Positions 50,355-60,652 of a stretch of DNA of 64,000 nt are shown piece after piece; positions within the stretch are counted from its first letter, which is position 1, and the number at the start of each line of letters is the position of its first letter. The DNA lies in NCBI GenBank assembly GCA_965206845.1, contig OZ242221.1, positions 224,001 to 288,000 of the forward strand, read 5' to 3'. The translations under genes and the position numbers were made by a program. The DNA comes from Cenarchaeum sp. GTDB taxonomy: Archaea; Thermoproteota; Nitrososphaeria; Nitrososphaerales; Nitrosopumilaceae. A model generated the notes under the pieces. That model ran no database searches. It was not told the origin of the DNA and saw only the letters and a program-made list of their open reading frames with translations.

Positions 50355-50384
50355 GTTAAATCAAACCAAGCTGAATCATACCCA

Positions 50385-50807
50385 ATGGCTAACGTAAAGT
50401 TCTCAGACAACAAACTCATGGACATCGCCTTTATGGGCATGCGGGCCGCCATCGGCGCGGTATTCATCGCCCACGGTGTGGGAAAGTTACTCAATCCAGG
50501 CTTTGCCGGCTTTCTCTCAGGACCTCTTGGACTTCCCGCAGAGCTTGCCATTGTGATTGCGCTAGCAGAGACCGTTGGAGGCATACTGCTGGTCTTTGGC
50601 GTCGTTTCACGAATCGCATCCGGATGGCTGTCAATCATTATGCTTGGAGCGATATTCCATGTAAAGGGCGCGGCAAGCCTGACAGGCGAGAGGGGCACCG
50701 AACTGGATGTCGTACTGCTTGGGGCACTGCTAGTACTAGTGGTTGCCGGCCCGGGAAGGGTCTCGATACCATACGTCGTAAAGCGGATTCCAAGGTTTCT
50801 GCACTAG
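50385..50807 (+). CDS. DoxX family membrane protein
   Basis: R..IG.VFIAHG..K, E.VGG, G.E, GPGR.S. Confidence 0.92.
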   Translation: MANVKFSDNKLMDIAFMGMRAAIGAVFIAHGVGKLLNPGFAGFLSGPLGLPAELAIVIALAETVGGILLVFGVVSRIASGWLSIIMLGAIFHVKGAASLTGERGTELDVVLLGALLVLVVAGPGRVSIPYVVKRIPRFLH

Positions 50808-50817
50808 AGCTATTCAC

Positions 50818-50829
50818 TTGTTTTTTTTT
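50818..50829 (+). terminator. Oligo-T terminator after the DoxX gene
   Basis: TTGTTTTTTTTT about 10 nt past the stop. Confidence 0.55.
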
Positions 50830-51038
50830 ACCACGGTATGTGTAGGTGGGCGCACCCACCCGTAAGCGACCAGGTTGCACCCACCATACCTGTGAAGAAC
50901 CAGATTGGGCATGTCAAACCCTAGCGTTCTGTCGTATCCGTCACCATTTGTGCATAAATCTGCACGGAGCGGCCAGAAATATCCGTGGGTGCCCAATCCC
51001 TCATTTGATCAAGCGGTGGCGATGTAGTCACCTACTAC

Positions 51039-52928
51039 CTATCCATCCAGCGCCCTTCTGGCCTCTCTTACTGCAGCGCCGTCCTCAAGCGTGCTTGTGT
51101 CTCCGGTCTGCTCCCCCTGCGCCATTGCCCTGAGTAGCCTCCTCATTATCTTGCCGCTACGTGTCTTGGGCAGGCCGGACAGAAAATAGATCCTCTGCGG
51201 GGTTGCGATGGGACCAACGCCGTCCCTTATGCACGACGTGATCTCGCGCCGGAGTGCATCGTGCTCCCCCGCGGTGCCATCCCTCAGCACCGCGAAGGCA
51301 ATTATGGCCTCCCCCTTTACCTCGTCAGGAACCGTGCAGACGGCGGACTCGGCAACGTCCGGATGGGACACGATGCTGCTCTCAAGCTCTGCTGTGCCTA
51401 TTCTGTGTCCGGCAACCTTGAGTACGTCATCGGCCCGCCCCAAAAGCCACAGGTAGCCGTCGGCGTCCTTCACCGCATAGTCCCCGGAGTAGTAGCAGCC
51501 CGGATACCTTGACCAGTAGACATCGCGATACTTTTCATCGTCACCCCACAGCGTCAGCATCATTCCCGGCCAGGGCCTTCGGATCACCAGATACCCTCGG
51601 GTGCCCGTCGGTGCATCTCCCCCGTCCTCGTCGACCACGGCAATATCCGCACCGGGTATTGGCCTTGTTGCCGATCCCGGCTTGAGCGGAACGGTCTCCA
51701 AGCCCGGAAGGGCAGATATCATCATCCCGCCAGTCTCGGTCTGCCACCAGGTATCGATCACCGGGCACCGTCCTCCCCCGATTACGGCATGGTACCACCT
51801 CCACACCTCAGGGTTGATGGGCTCGCCGACCGTTCCTAAAAGCCGTAGCCGGGACAGGTCGTGCGAGTTTGGAATATCGTCGCCGGACTTGATGAACATC
51901 CTGAGCGCAGTGGGAGTTGTGTAGAGTATGGTCACCCGGTACCTCTGGATCATCTCCCATATGCGCGATGCGTCAGGATAGTCTGGCGCTCCCTCGTACA
52001 TCACCTGTGTGGCCCCGTGCAGCAACGGGCCGTACACCACGTAGCTGTGTCCTGTCACCCAGCCAATGTCTGCGGTGCAAAAATATACGTCCGAGTCCCT
52101 TATGTCAAAGGCCCACCGGAAGGTGGAGTGGACGTGCGCTAAGTAACCGCCGGTGCCGTGCAGGACTCCCTTGGGCTTTCCCGTGGTGCCTGACGTGTAC
52201 AGGATAAAGAGCGGATGTTCACTGTCAAGGGACTCTGCCGAGCAGTCCTGGGAGGCACCACGCACCAGATCGTCCCACAGATGATCCTTTGGTCCCAGCG
52301 TGATCCCAGAGCCCGTCCTCTGACACACCACCACATGCCTGACACGCTCTAGGCCAGATATCGCCTCGTCCACCACGCCCTTCAGCTCCACCCTACGGCC
52401 CCGCCGGAGGCCGCCGTCTGCGGTAATGACCACGCTGGCGCCCGAGTCTTCCAGCCTGCCCCTCAACGAGGCGGCGCTAAATCCAGAGAATACTACAGTG
52501 TGCACTGCCCCGATTCTGGCGCATGCCAGCATGGATATCGGAAGTTCCGGGATCATAGGCAGGTACAGCGCCACCCTGTCGCCTGCGCATACGCCCAAGG
52601 ATCTGAGCGCGTTTGAGACACGCCGAACCTCGTCGTACAGCTCCCCGTAGGTGATCCTTCGGGTTTTGCCGTCCTCGCCCTCCCACAGTATGGCAATCTT
52701 GGAGGCGCGCTTCTCCTGATGAACGTCCAGCGCGTTGTATGCCGCGTTGATCCTGCCGCCCCGGAACCACCTGGCAAACGGCGGCTGCCAGTCAAGCGCC
52801 ACGCCCCACCGCCGGAACCAGGTCAGTCGGGACGCCTGGTCCTCCCAGAACGATACAAAGTCCTCCTGCGCCCGCGCCCTAGTCTCCGTGTCGTTGTTAC
52901 CCAGTCCGATCTCAAAGGATTCCGTCAT
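51039..52928 (-). CDS. acs: Acetyl-CoA synthetase (AMP-forming)
   Basis: YTSGTTGKPKG, ADIGWVTGH, GEPINP, DTWWQTETG, PKTRSGK. Confidence 0.96.
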   Translation of the reverse strand: MTESFEIGLGNNDTETRARAQEDFVSFWEDQASRLTWFRRWGVALDWQPPFARWFRGGRINAAYNALDVHQEKRASKIAILWEGEDGKTRRITYGELYDEVRRVSNALRSLGVCAGDRVALYLPMIPELPISMLACARIGAVHTVVFSGFSAASLRGRLEDSGASVVITADGGLRRGRRVELKGVVDEAISGLERVRHVVVCQRTGSGITLGPKDHLWDDLVRGASQDCSAESLDSEHPLFILYTSGTTGKPKGVLHGTGGYLAHVHSTFRWAFDIRDSDVYFCTADIGWVTGHSYVVYGPLLHGATQVMYEGAPDYPDASRIWEMIQRYRVTILYTTPTALRMFIKSGDDIPNSHDLSRLRLLGTVGEPINPEVWRWYHAVIGGGRCPVIDTWWQTETGGMMISALPGLETVPLKPGSATRPIPGADIAVVDEDGGDAPTGTRGYLVIRRPWPGMMLTLWGDDEKYRDVYWSRYPGCYYSGDYAVKDADGYLWLLGRADDVLKVAGHRIGTAELESSIVSHPDVAESAVCTVPDEVKGEAIIAFAVLRDGTAGEHDALRREITSCIRDGVGPIATPQRIYFLSGLPKTRSGKIMRRLLRAMAQGEQTGDTSTLEDGAAVREARRALDG

Positions 52929-53009
52929 GTGTGGCACAACACCGTATGTTGTCTTAAATGTAAGTTTGGCAACACCGTATCTGGTCACGCCGGTGCAGAA
53001 TGTACGTCA

Positions 53010-54806
53010 TTACTCGGTGGTCTCAGTCTGCTGTATCTGTGCCAGTACCGACTCGGGGATCTCGTCCAGCGCCTTTTGCAGGATTGAGCCCAGGATCGGC
53101 AGGTCGTTTCTGTAGCCGATGGACAGGTCATACTCGTGTCCCGTGGGGCCCGCGTTGCGCAGCCCCTCGATTCCGAGCACGCCCGCGTGGTGGTTGACTA
53201 CCTCCCATGTGGCGGCAAACGCGTCCGCCTCGCCTGCCTGCATCATCTCAAGCCCAGCAACAAACCCGTCCACCGATATGTACTCAACGTCGGGGTGGTT
53301 CTCGTCAAGCCACGCCTCTATCGCGTAGTCCCGTACGGTGAGCAGCCGGAGGCCCTCCTCGTTGAGGTCGACGGGCCCGTCGCCCAGGGTCGCGATGCTT
53401 GTGCGCGCGGTGTAGTGGGGTTCGGTAAAGCTCATGTACTCCAGCCGGTCTGTGGTGCTAGCCGACATGAACACGATGTCTGCGCTCCTGTCCTGCAGGG
53501 ACTCGAGGGCATGGGACCAGCTGGATATCGAGGCCTGCGCAAAGTCTGCGCCGGTGATCCTCTCAAACTCAGATACGTATTGTGCCGTAGTGCCCGCAAG
53601 CTGGCCGGACTCGTCAAGGTACTCGATCGGGATCCATTGTGGATCATAGGCCACCGTTATGGTCGGGTTCTCCTCCAGCCATGCAGCCTCCTCCGGGGTC
53701 AGGGTTGCCAGCGTCGATGACGCGTCATACCCCTGCTGTATCCGTTCCAGCACCGAGTCGGGGATCGCGTCAAGCGCCTTTTGCAGGATTGAGCCCAGGA
53801 TCGGCAGGTCGTTTCTGTAGCCGATGGACAGGTCATACTCGTGTCCCGTGGGGCCCGCGTTGCGCAGCCCCTCGATTCCGAGCACGCCCGCGTGGTGGTT
53901 GACTACCTCCCACGTGGCGGCAAACGCGTCCGCCTCGCCTGCCTGCATCATCTCAAGCCCCGCAACAAACCCGTCCACCGATATGTACTCAACGTCGGGG
54001 TGGTTCTCGTCAAGCCACGCCTCTATCGCGTAGTCCCGTACGGTGAGCAGCCGGAGGCCCTCCTCGTTGAGGTCGACGGGTCCGTCGCCCAGGGTTGCGA
54101 TGCTTGTGCGCGCGGTGTAGTGGGGTTCGGTAAAGCTCATGTACTCCAGCCGCTCCGTGGTGCTGGCCGACATGAACACGATGTCTGCGCTCCTGTCCTG
54201 CAGGGACGCGAGGGCATGGGACCAGCTGGATATCGAGGCCTGCGCAAAGTCTGCGCCGGTGATCCTCTCAAACTCAGATACGTATTGTGCCGTAGTGCCC
54301 GCAAGCTGGCCGGACTCGTCAAGGTACTCGATCGGGATCCATTGTGGATCATAGGCCACCGTTATGGTCGGGTTCTCCTCCAGCCATGCAGCCTCCTCCG
54401 GGGTCAGGGTTGCCAGTGCCGGCGCGTCGTCGGTTACTGGTTCGGTCAGATCCAGACCAAGTGCCAGTAGCGCCTCGTACGTGTCCGGGTAAAGGCAGAG
54501 GGGCTGCTGGGAGTCTCTGATGTAGAGATCCCTTGGAGCGTTGCACTGGATATCAGAGAGTGGAACTCCTTCCCTCTGTTGCTGCAGCGGGGAGGCATGC
54601 GGTGACTGATCTCCAGATGTATCTGACTGCGTGTCAGTGACCGAACCCTGAGCATATGCGGGCACCACCGGACTGTACACTGCATACATGTCATCTTGAC
54701 TTGAGGCCTGCCATGCATCCAGCAGACCGCTTGATGCGTGTGGCAGTATCGCAACTGCCGCCAAAAGCCACACAGTACCAAGAATAACAGAAATTTGGCG
54801 CCTCAT
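53010..54806 (-). CDS. Secreted protein with two near-identical type-2 periplasmic-binding (BvgS-like) domains
   Basis: Signal peptide; LTPEEAAWLEENPTITVAYDPQWIPIEY...ER..YMSFTEP occurs twice. Confidence 0.9.
   Translation of the reverse strand: MRRQISVILGTVWLLAAVAILPHASSGLLDAWQASSQDDMYAVYSPVVPAYAQGSVTDTQSDTSGDQSPHASPLQQQREGVPLSDIQCNAPRDLYIRDSQQPLCLYPDTYEALLALGLDLTEPVTDDAPALATLTPEEAAWLEENPTITVAYDPQWIPIEYLDESGQLAGTTAQYVSEFERITGADFAQASISSWSHALASLQDRSADIVFMSASTTERLEYMSFTEPHYTARTSIATLGDGPVDLNEEGLRLLTVRDYAIEAWLDENHPDVEYISVDGFVAGLEMMQAGEADAFAATWEVVNHHAGVLGIEGLRNAGPTGHEYDLSIGYRNDLPILGSILQKALDAIPDSVLERIQQGYDASSTLATLTPEEAAWLEENPTITVAYDPQWIPIEYLDESGQLAGTTAQYVSEFERITGADFAQASISSWSHALESLQDRSADIVFMSASTTDRLEYMSFTEPHYTARTSIATLGDGPVDLNEEGLRLLTVRDYAIEAWLDENHPDVEYISVDGFVAGLEMMQAGEADAFAATWEVVNHHAGVLGIEGLRNAGPTGHEYDLSIGYRNDLPILGSILQKALDEIPESVLAQIQQTETTE
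53042..54416. repeat. Tandem duplication, period 705 bp (53042-53711 / 53747-54416)
   Basis: Near-identical DNA; antisense ORFs repeat at exactly +705. Confidence 0.97.
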
Positions 54807-55399
54807 CTCATCTCACCAATTTGAAAGGACGGCTGCCGCTACCAGTAGGGTTACATATGCTGTCCTGCTGGCTTGCGCGAATAGCATACAGCATCATCAG
54901 GGCATCTAGCAATATGTCGCATTTAAGCATTTAAAATCAAACGGCGCCGGGCACCGGACAGTCAAAAGATTTGAGGACGTAGAACCGACCGGTACTCAAT
55001 GAACTCCAGGGCAAAGCGTGGGAAGGAGACAGAGGGTCTGAAAGGGCGCGCCATCAACACACCGCAATCAGGCCTTCACGTCTACCAGCAGAATGCAGGC
55101 TCGGTGTCGCAAGGGCTCCGCCCACGGCAACCGCTGCCTTGTGAAGCGCCTGCTGCAAGCCGGTGTCGCGGCCTACTCAGAATGGCAGCGTCGCCTCCGA
55201 TGGGTGCCACAACTCATGAAATGAAGACAGTCCCAAGGCAGGTGTCCCGGGGCGGAGCATCCACAAGAACATCTCCGGAATCCAAGACAGGGATGCTAGA
55301 ACGGATCAAAGGCAGCGTGGAGGGGCGGACGGTTTCCAAAGGCGCATGCAGCGCGCAAAAGAACCAATACCTAAAATACCCAAACTGCATATTTGGGAT

Positions 55400-55954
55400 G
55401 TGGATATTATAGTCGGCATTACCGGAAGCACCGGCGTAATTTATGGGATCCGCCTGCTGGAGGTGCTAAAGGAATGCGGCGTCCGAACCCACCTGGTTAT
55501 GAGCGAGTGGGCAGCAAAATGCATCCCGATGGAGACCAATTACACGACCGACCAGGTACGAGCCATGGCAGACACGGTCTCGGATCAAAACAACATGGCA
55601 GCCAGCATCTCTAGTGGCACGCACAAGGTTGACGGCATGATAGTGGCACCCTGCAGCATGAAGACGCTCTCCAGCATAGCAAATGGGTACGACGACACCC
55701 TGATCTCCAGGGCAGCCGGGGTGACAATCAAGGAGTCAAGGAGGCTGATTCTCATGACAAGGGAGGCGCCGCTGTCTGCAATCCATCTTGAGAACATGCT
55801 AAAGCTGGCAAGGCTCGGCATCGTCATACTCCCGCCGGTTACCGAGTTCTATACGCGACCGCAGCACATAAGCGACATGGTAAACCACGGCGTCGGCAAG
55901 TGTCTTGATCAGTTTGGCATCGACCACTCCCTGTACCGGAGGTGGGGAGGGTAG
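55400..55954 (+). CDS. ubiX: Flavin prenyltransferase UbiX
   Basis: IIVGITGSTG, ISSG, APCSMKTL, RAAGVTIKE.R.L, REAPL. Confidence 0.95.
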   Translation: MDIIVGITGSTGVIYGIRLLEVLKECGVRTHLVMSEWAAKCIPMETNYTTDQVRAMADTVSDQNNMAASISSGTHKVDGMIVAPCSMKTLSSIANGYDDTLISRAAGVTIKESRRLILMTREAPLSAIHLENMLKLARLGIVILPPVTEFYTRPQHISDMVNHGVGKCLDQFGIDHSLYRRWGG

Positions 55955-55955
55955 C

Positions 55956-56384
55956 ATGCCGCGAATAAATTTTGAGAGAATCATAAAGGCAGACAGGGAT
56001 CGTGTGTTTAGCGTAGTGACAAACTACAGTGACTTTCAAAAGACGCTGCCAAAATACTTTCCGTCAATCAGGGTCAGATCGAGGCGGGACAACGTGGCAG
56101 TGGTGGAGGAGCACATGCGCATAGCTGGCAGGGAGCTGACGATGATGACAAAGCACATCACAAAGTCGCCTGAGAGCCACGAGATGTTTGTCATAGGCGG
56201 TGATGCCAAAGGCAGCCACATCATGGAGAGGTACGAGTCGGTACAGGATGGCACCAAGGTAACGGTAATGGCCGACATCAAGCTGGGCAGAGCCATAAGA
56301 ATTGCAGGGCTGTTCAGCAGGCGAAAGCTGAACCGAGATCTGGAGGATATGATAGATGGATTTGCACGGATTATAGAGAGCTAG
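55956..56384 (+). CDS. SRPBCC/polyketide-cyclase-like protein
   Basis: IKADRDRVFSVVTNY...P.YFP; 1 nt after the ubiX stop. Confidence 0.85.
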   Translation: MPRINFERIIKADRDRVFSVVTNYSDFQKTLPKYFPSIRVRSRRDNVAVVEEHMRIAGRELTMMTKHITKSPESHEMFVIGGDAKGSHIMERYESVQDGTKVTVMADIKLGRAIRIAGLFSRRKLNRDLEDMIDGFARIIES

Positions 56385-56581
56385 CCTCTGACGTCCTTGT
56401 TCTCTTTGAACTCCTTGAGCTCCTTGTCTCCCTGAATCTTGCCTTTTTCATACTCGCCCTTTGCCTTTCCAAAGGTTCTAGCCAGCTCTGGGATCTTTTT
56501 TGCGCCGAATATGAATACGACCGCAATTACTATGATATAGATCCATTCAGAACCCTGGATGAACATTCCCAGATCTATCAT
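56381..56581 (-). CDS. tatA: Twin-arginine translocase TatA
   Basis: TM + FGAKKIPELARTFGKA. Confidence 0.95.
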   Translation of the reverse strand: MIDLGMFIQGSEWIYIIVIAVVFIFGAKKIPELARTFGKAKGEYEKGKIQGDKELKEFKENKDVRG

Positions 56582-56984
56582 CGGTCATATTTGGGCTTGT
56601 TGTGATTTAAATGTTCAGAAAAACAACGCACCAAGCCAGATCTCCACTCATTTGGGCGCGAGACTGCACATGCGGGCGGGCTTTCACGTCCGGCCCAGCA
56701 TGAATGGCGGTTGCACGCTGTAGGATCACGCCCCCCACCCCTCACCCAGCCACGAAGACGCGCATTCTCAGGAAGGCCGTCGCACCCGGCCCGATGCAAG
56801 CGGCAGCCCCACAGCCTGCAATCAAATCTGGAGTCGGCAGGGACCGTCATGACACGATGTGGCTTGGACAGCGTTGGGAAGCATGATAGTTACATAAAAC
56901 CCGCAGTAGCGATTGCGCAGCCGGGTCAGGCCAGATGCGCCAGCAGCAAGATGTCACCAGGTTCTCGTGCGAGGCATCAGGGCA

Positions 56985-57239
56985 TCAGATTGCGATCTCA
57001 ACTGATGCAGTGCTCACTACCGGGTTGTAGAGTCTCAGCTCGTCGCAGAGCCTGCGCACGGTACCGATTGCATCATCACCGCTCTCTGCGCTTATCTCAA
57101 ACTTGAGCATCTTTGCGGTACGTATCCTTTTGACCGTTGTGACCCTCTCCAGAACCAGATCATTGAGAATGGTGTCCCCCTCGGGATCGCTTATTCCGGC
57201 CTTGTTCTCTATTGTTACGTGGATGCGGTACACCTGCAT
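56985..57239 (-). CDS. purS: FGAM synthase subunit PurS
   Basis: K.GISDPEG, LYNPVV. Confidence 0.92.
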   Translation of the reverse strand: MQVYRIHVTIENKAGISDPEGDTILNDLVLERVTTVKRIRTAKMLKFEISAESGDDAIGTVRRLCDELRLYNPVVSTASVEIAI

Positions 57240-57488
57240 GATGCCACATCACACGCCGCATAATATTAGTCATCTTCCATCAGGGGCCCAGAAAGACCGG
57301 CCGGCCAGGGCATCCCTGCCCGTGCAAAGATTCAGACACGGGCGGTAGCAGGCGCAGAGGCATGACTGTGCCCAACCCGGCCCCCTGCGCGCTGCCCGTA
57401 CGCCACGCTCCGGTCCCACACCCCAGACATGTCTGCCAGGGCCGAACACCTGCATTGGAATTTATACGGGCTGGCCCGCCGATGCGTT

Positions 57489-57956
57489 GTGAGAGCAAGG
57501 TACTGGAAGCTGACTCCCGGCGAGATGGCAAAGCTTGCATACAACCCGGATCGGCTGCTGAACTGGGACGTCAAGCTGGTAAGGGAGCCTGAAGAGAGCG
57601 CCATATTTATCGGCATATTCATGTACAGGAACGGCACGCCGCTTGGCTATGAGGCCGTCAAGGGCGTGGTGTACTACTACAATCGCATAGATCGGGACGA
57701 GCTGCCCAAGATTACCGGATTCCTAAAGGGCAGGCTCGGCGGCAACGTGAGGGAGAAGGGGGATCGAGTATTTCTGGAGAACTCGGACGAGATCTACTCT
57801 GCAGGTGACATTGCATCACTGGCAAGGGAAGCCGAGACCAAGCTAAATGCCAAGGCCACCATCACCCTGGAGTTTGCAGGCGTCACCGAAGAGGAGCTGA
57901 AGGAGGCAGGAATGCCAGAAGCGAAGCTCCTGCCAATTCCGGGAGCAAGTAATTAA
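57489..57956 (+). CDS. Hypothetical protein
   Basis: Clean ORF from GTG ~25 nt after TTTATA; directly upstream of tatC. Confidence 0.75.
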   Translation: MRARYWKLTPGEMAKLAYNPDRLLNWDVKLVREPEESAIFIGIFMYRNGTPLGYEAVKGVVYYYNRIDRDELPKITGFLKGRLGGNVREKGDRVFLENSDEIYSAGDIASLAREAETKLNAKATITLEFAGVTEEELKEAGMPEAKLLPIPGASN

Positions 57957-57982
57957 ATCACACCGTCGCCTATTACACACAG

Positions 57983-58801
57983 ATGTCAGAGTTTCAGGAG
58001 ATCAGCAGACACCTAGAGGAGCTGCGCACCAGAATCCTCCGTATCGCCATAGTGGTAGGCGCAGTTACCGTGTTCATCATCACATTTCACATACAAGCCC
58101 ACGATGTGGCCGGCCTTACCATATACTACCCAACGCCGGATCCGCTCAACAACATAGCGGCTCAGATCACCGAATACATGAAGAGCACCCTGGTGCCAGA
58201 GGGCGTGGATCTCATCCAGACAGCACCAGGACAGGCATTCTTTGCCCAGGTGTACATTGCCGCACTGGTGGGAGTCGTGGCATCAATGCCAGTAATAGTC
58301 AGGGAATCGGTAAACTTTCTGAGGCCGGCGCTCAAGGAGAGGGAGATAAACATCGGAAGGACGATAACGGCTCCCGCCCTAGGGCTGTTTGTTGCAGGGT
58401 GCGTATTCTCGTTCGTGATGGTGATACCATACATTCTGGAGTTCCTTTACAGCTATGGAGACTCTGCCGGCTTGATAACATTTCTCAACGTGATAGACTT
58501 CGTCGCGTTTGTACTGCAGTTCCTGCTGGCCTTTGGGATCTCGTTTCAGCTGCCGCTTGTCATGTATGCAACCACGGCATCCGGACTTGTCGATGTGGTG
58601 TTCTGGAGGAAGAACATAAGGTACGCCATCGTGATTCTTGTGGTGTTTGGTGCCGTAGTAACGCCTGACGGCAGCGGTGTGACGATGTGGTTCATTGCAG
58701 GTCCCATGATTGGGCTGTACTTTGCAGGGATGTTCATCATAGAGAGGCAGAACAGAAAGGCCAAGACGGCCGGCGCGCTGCCCGACGCGGCGTCTGACTA
58801 G
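57983..58801 (+). CDS. tatC: Twin-arginine translocase TatC
   Basis: HLEELRTR, F.RPAL, FG.SFQLP, TPD; six TMs. Confidence 0.96.
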   Translation: MSEFQEISRHLEELRTRILRIAIVVGAVTVFIITFHIQAHDVAGLTIYYPTPDPLNNIAAQITEYMKSTLVPEGVDLIQTAPGQAFFAQVYIAALVGVVASMPVIVRESVNFLRPALKEREINIGRTITAPALGLFVAGCVFSFVMVIPYILEFLYSYGDSAGLITFLNVIDFVAFVLQFLLAFGISFQLPLVMYATTASGLVDVVFWRKNIRYAIVILVVFGAVVTPDGSGVTMWFIAGPMIGLYFAGMFIIERQNRKAKTAGALPDAASD

Positions 58802-59110
58802 ACTGCCCACTACAGTCCCGTCTGCGCTCTGACGGATCAAGCCCCGGACGCGGCCACGACGTACCCTTTAAAAAAAAGTCGGCAGTGATCGCTCACGCAC
58901 GGAGCCGCATCGGGCCAGGCGCCGGGGTTCGTCCGGGTGCGAGCCGGTGCCCAAACGAATGGCGGCGCGGCCTTGTACATTCATGTTCTAAAGGTATAGA
59001 AAATCCCCGCTCATGGGGAAAACAGGTATGGGAGCGCGGCGCCGTATGGGAAGTCTGCACCACGATCGATTCTGGCGCGAATGTGAACCTACCCCGGCAC
59101 CAATATGGCG

Positions 59111-59887
59111 CTAGCTGTTCGAGTCAGCCTCACCGTCAGGGACGCTATCGCCACCAGTATCAACGCCCACATCGTGGCCAGGCCCGGCGTATAATGACAA
59201 AAGTTCTCCCACATGAATTCCGTGCAGGTGGTCTGGACCGGCCTCAGACACCATGTATGCCATAATCGCCCCGTTTGCAAGCCCCATTGTGACAAGGAAT
59301 GGCAAGTGGGTCAGGCTGCCACTGATCGCCTTCTGGAATCCGACCCGGCCTTTTTTGTAGTACAGGCCCTCCAGCCTGCTCCAGAGGCGTCGCATCTCGC
59401 CGCGCTTCTTTTTTAACTGCTGCGTGCCCTCTTCTGTAATCTCAAGCAGTTCATCTTTCTTCTCCATTCCTACTTCTTCGATGACGTCGTTTATTCTGCT
59501 GCGGTCTTCTGGCGTCATGATCCTCACGAGTCGTTTCTCGTGCCGCTTGTACTCCGGCGAGTCCAGAAAAGCCTCAAACCTCTCCCGCTCGTCAAAGGAC
59601 ATCTTTCGGCTTAGTTTTCTTACCAAGCCGCAATGGAACAGTCTCTCCATGCCGTCGATTGTCCTCATAGTGCCGATTCTTATCGGCGTGCGTAGATCTT
59701 CTCTCCTGATGGATTCCAGAACCACGTAATCCCAGGCTGAAAGGGTCTTGATCAGCCTCGCCCTCTGTGCATTCCGTGCGGCCTCCTGTGCTTCCTCTTC
59801 TTTTGCCCGCCTTGCTTCCCGTTCTGCCAAATCCACCTGCAGCCTTTTCAGGTACTCCTTCTCGTAAGCCTCAATGTCACTACGCAT
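59111..59887 (-). CDS. Hypothetical protein
   Basis: Charged coiled-coil ORF from MRSDIEAY; TATA-like TTATATA ~25 nt upstream. Confidence 0.7.
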   Translation of the reverse strand: MRSDIEAYEKEYLKRLQVDLAEREARRAKEEEAQEAARNAQRARLIKTLSAWDYVVLESIRREDLRTPIRIGTMRTIDGMERLFHCGLVRKLSRKMSFDERERFEAFLDSPEYKRHEKRLVRIMTPEDRSRINDVIEEVGMEKKDELLEITEEGTQQLKKKRGEMRRLWSRLEGLYYKKGRVGFQKAISGSLTHLPFLVTMGLANGAIMAYMVSEAGPDHLHGIHVGELLSLYAGPGHDVGVDTGGDSVPDGEADSNS

Positions 59888-60469
59888 TCTGTACGGTGCC
59901 GCATTTGCGTATATAATGGATGCGCCTGTCCGGACAGGCCAATGCATGGCATTGCTCCAGTGCGTCACGTATGCCTTTGTATCCTTTACGGGCCGTCGGA
60001 GCAGTCCAAGTGGGCCTGCCGTACCGACATGGGATCCGCAAGGCACGAAAACCCGGCGCGCCAGACCCCTGCTGCGGCAGGCTGGCAAACCGGGAGGCGG
60101 CGCCAGAGGACATGCCGCCCCGGGGGACCGCCCCCTCCCCTGGCATCAGGATTGCTGACAGGACGGGCAGGCCAGAGGGCTTGTAGTGGCGCGCCCCGAT
60201 GCGGCGCCGCGGCCAGCTGGCTGGGAGCGGTACCGGTGATCCGGCGCTGCCCTGCCCCGGTTTGGCACGACTCCGTGCAAAGCCCGCACCGCGATCCCGC
60301 GCAAAATGCCCATCCGCCCCTCGCCAGACACGCGCAGAAGCCAGTTTGAGGCACGGGCAAACGTGCAAGGCAGTCCACTGGGGTGGCACCTGCCAGATGC
60401 GGCGGCGGCAAATCCCGCGTCGGGAACCAAATGTTCGAAAAGAACCAGTATCTGTGGTTATTCTAAACC

Positions 60470-60476
60470 TTTAAAA
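60470..60476 (+). promoter_or_regulatory. TATA box for the Cys-rich small ORF
   Basis: TTTAAAA ending 22 nt before the ATG at 60499. Confidence 0.55.
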
Positions 60477-60498
60477 TCTTGTAGTGGCAAGTCCAACC

Positions 60499-60633
60499 AT
60501 GTCAGATGCAACATGTGGATGCGCCGGTTCAGCCGAAAGTGGTTCGGAGTGCGATTGTGCACTACAGAGCGCATGCTTTTGCGACGCCACTTGTGACTGC
60601 AAACTTGACGTTTGCGTAAACACAGAACACTAG
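60499..60633 (+). CDS. Metallothionein-like small protein (44 aa, 9 Cys)
   Basis: MSDATCGCAGSAESGSECDCALQSACFCDATCDCKLDVCVNTEH; TATA upstream, T-tract downstream; below the ORF-track cutoff. Confidence 0.75.
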   Translation: MSDATCGCAGSAESGSECDCALQSACFCDATCDCKLDVCVNTEH

Positions 60634-60652
60634 CTGAACTTTTTCCTTTTTT

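Noticed and set aside
56630-58977. Peptide match PNEWRxGLV in two spurious ORFs flanking the tat genes
   Set aside because: Only nine codons; the similarity does not extend and such matches are plausible by chance in six-frame translations
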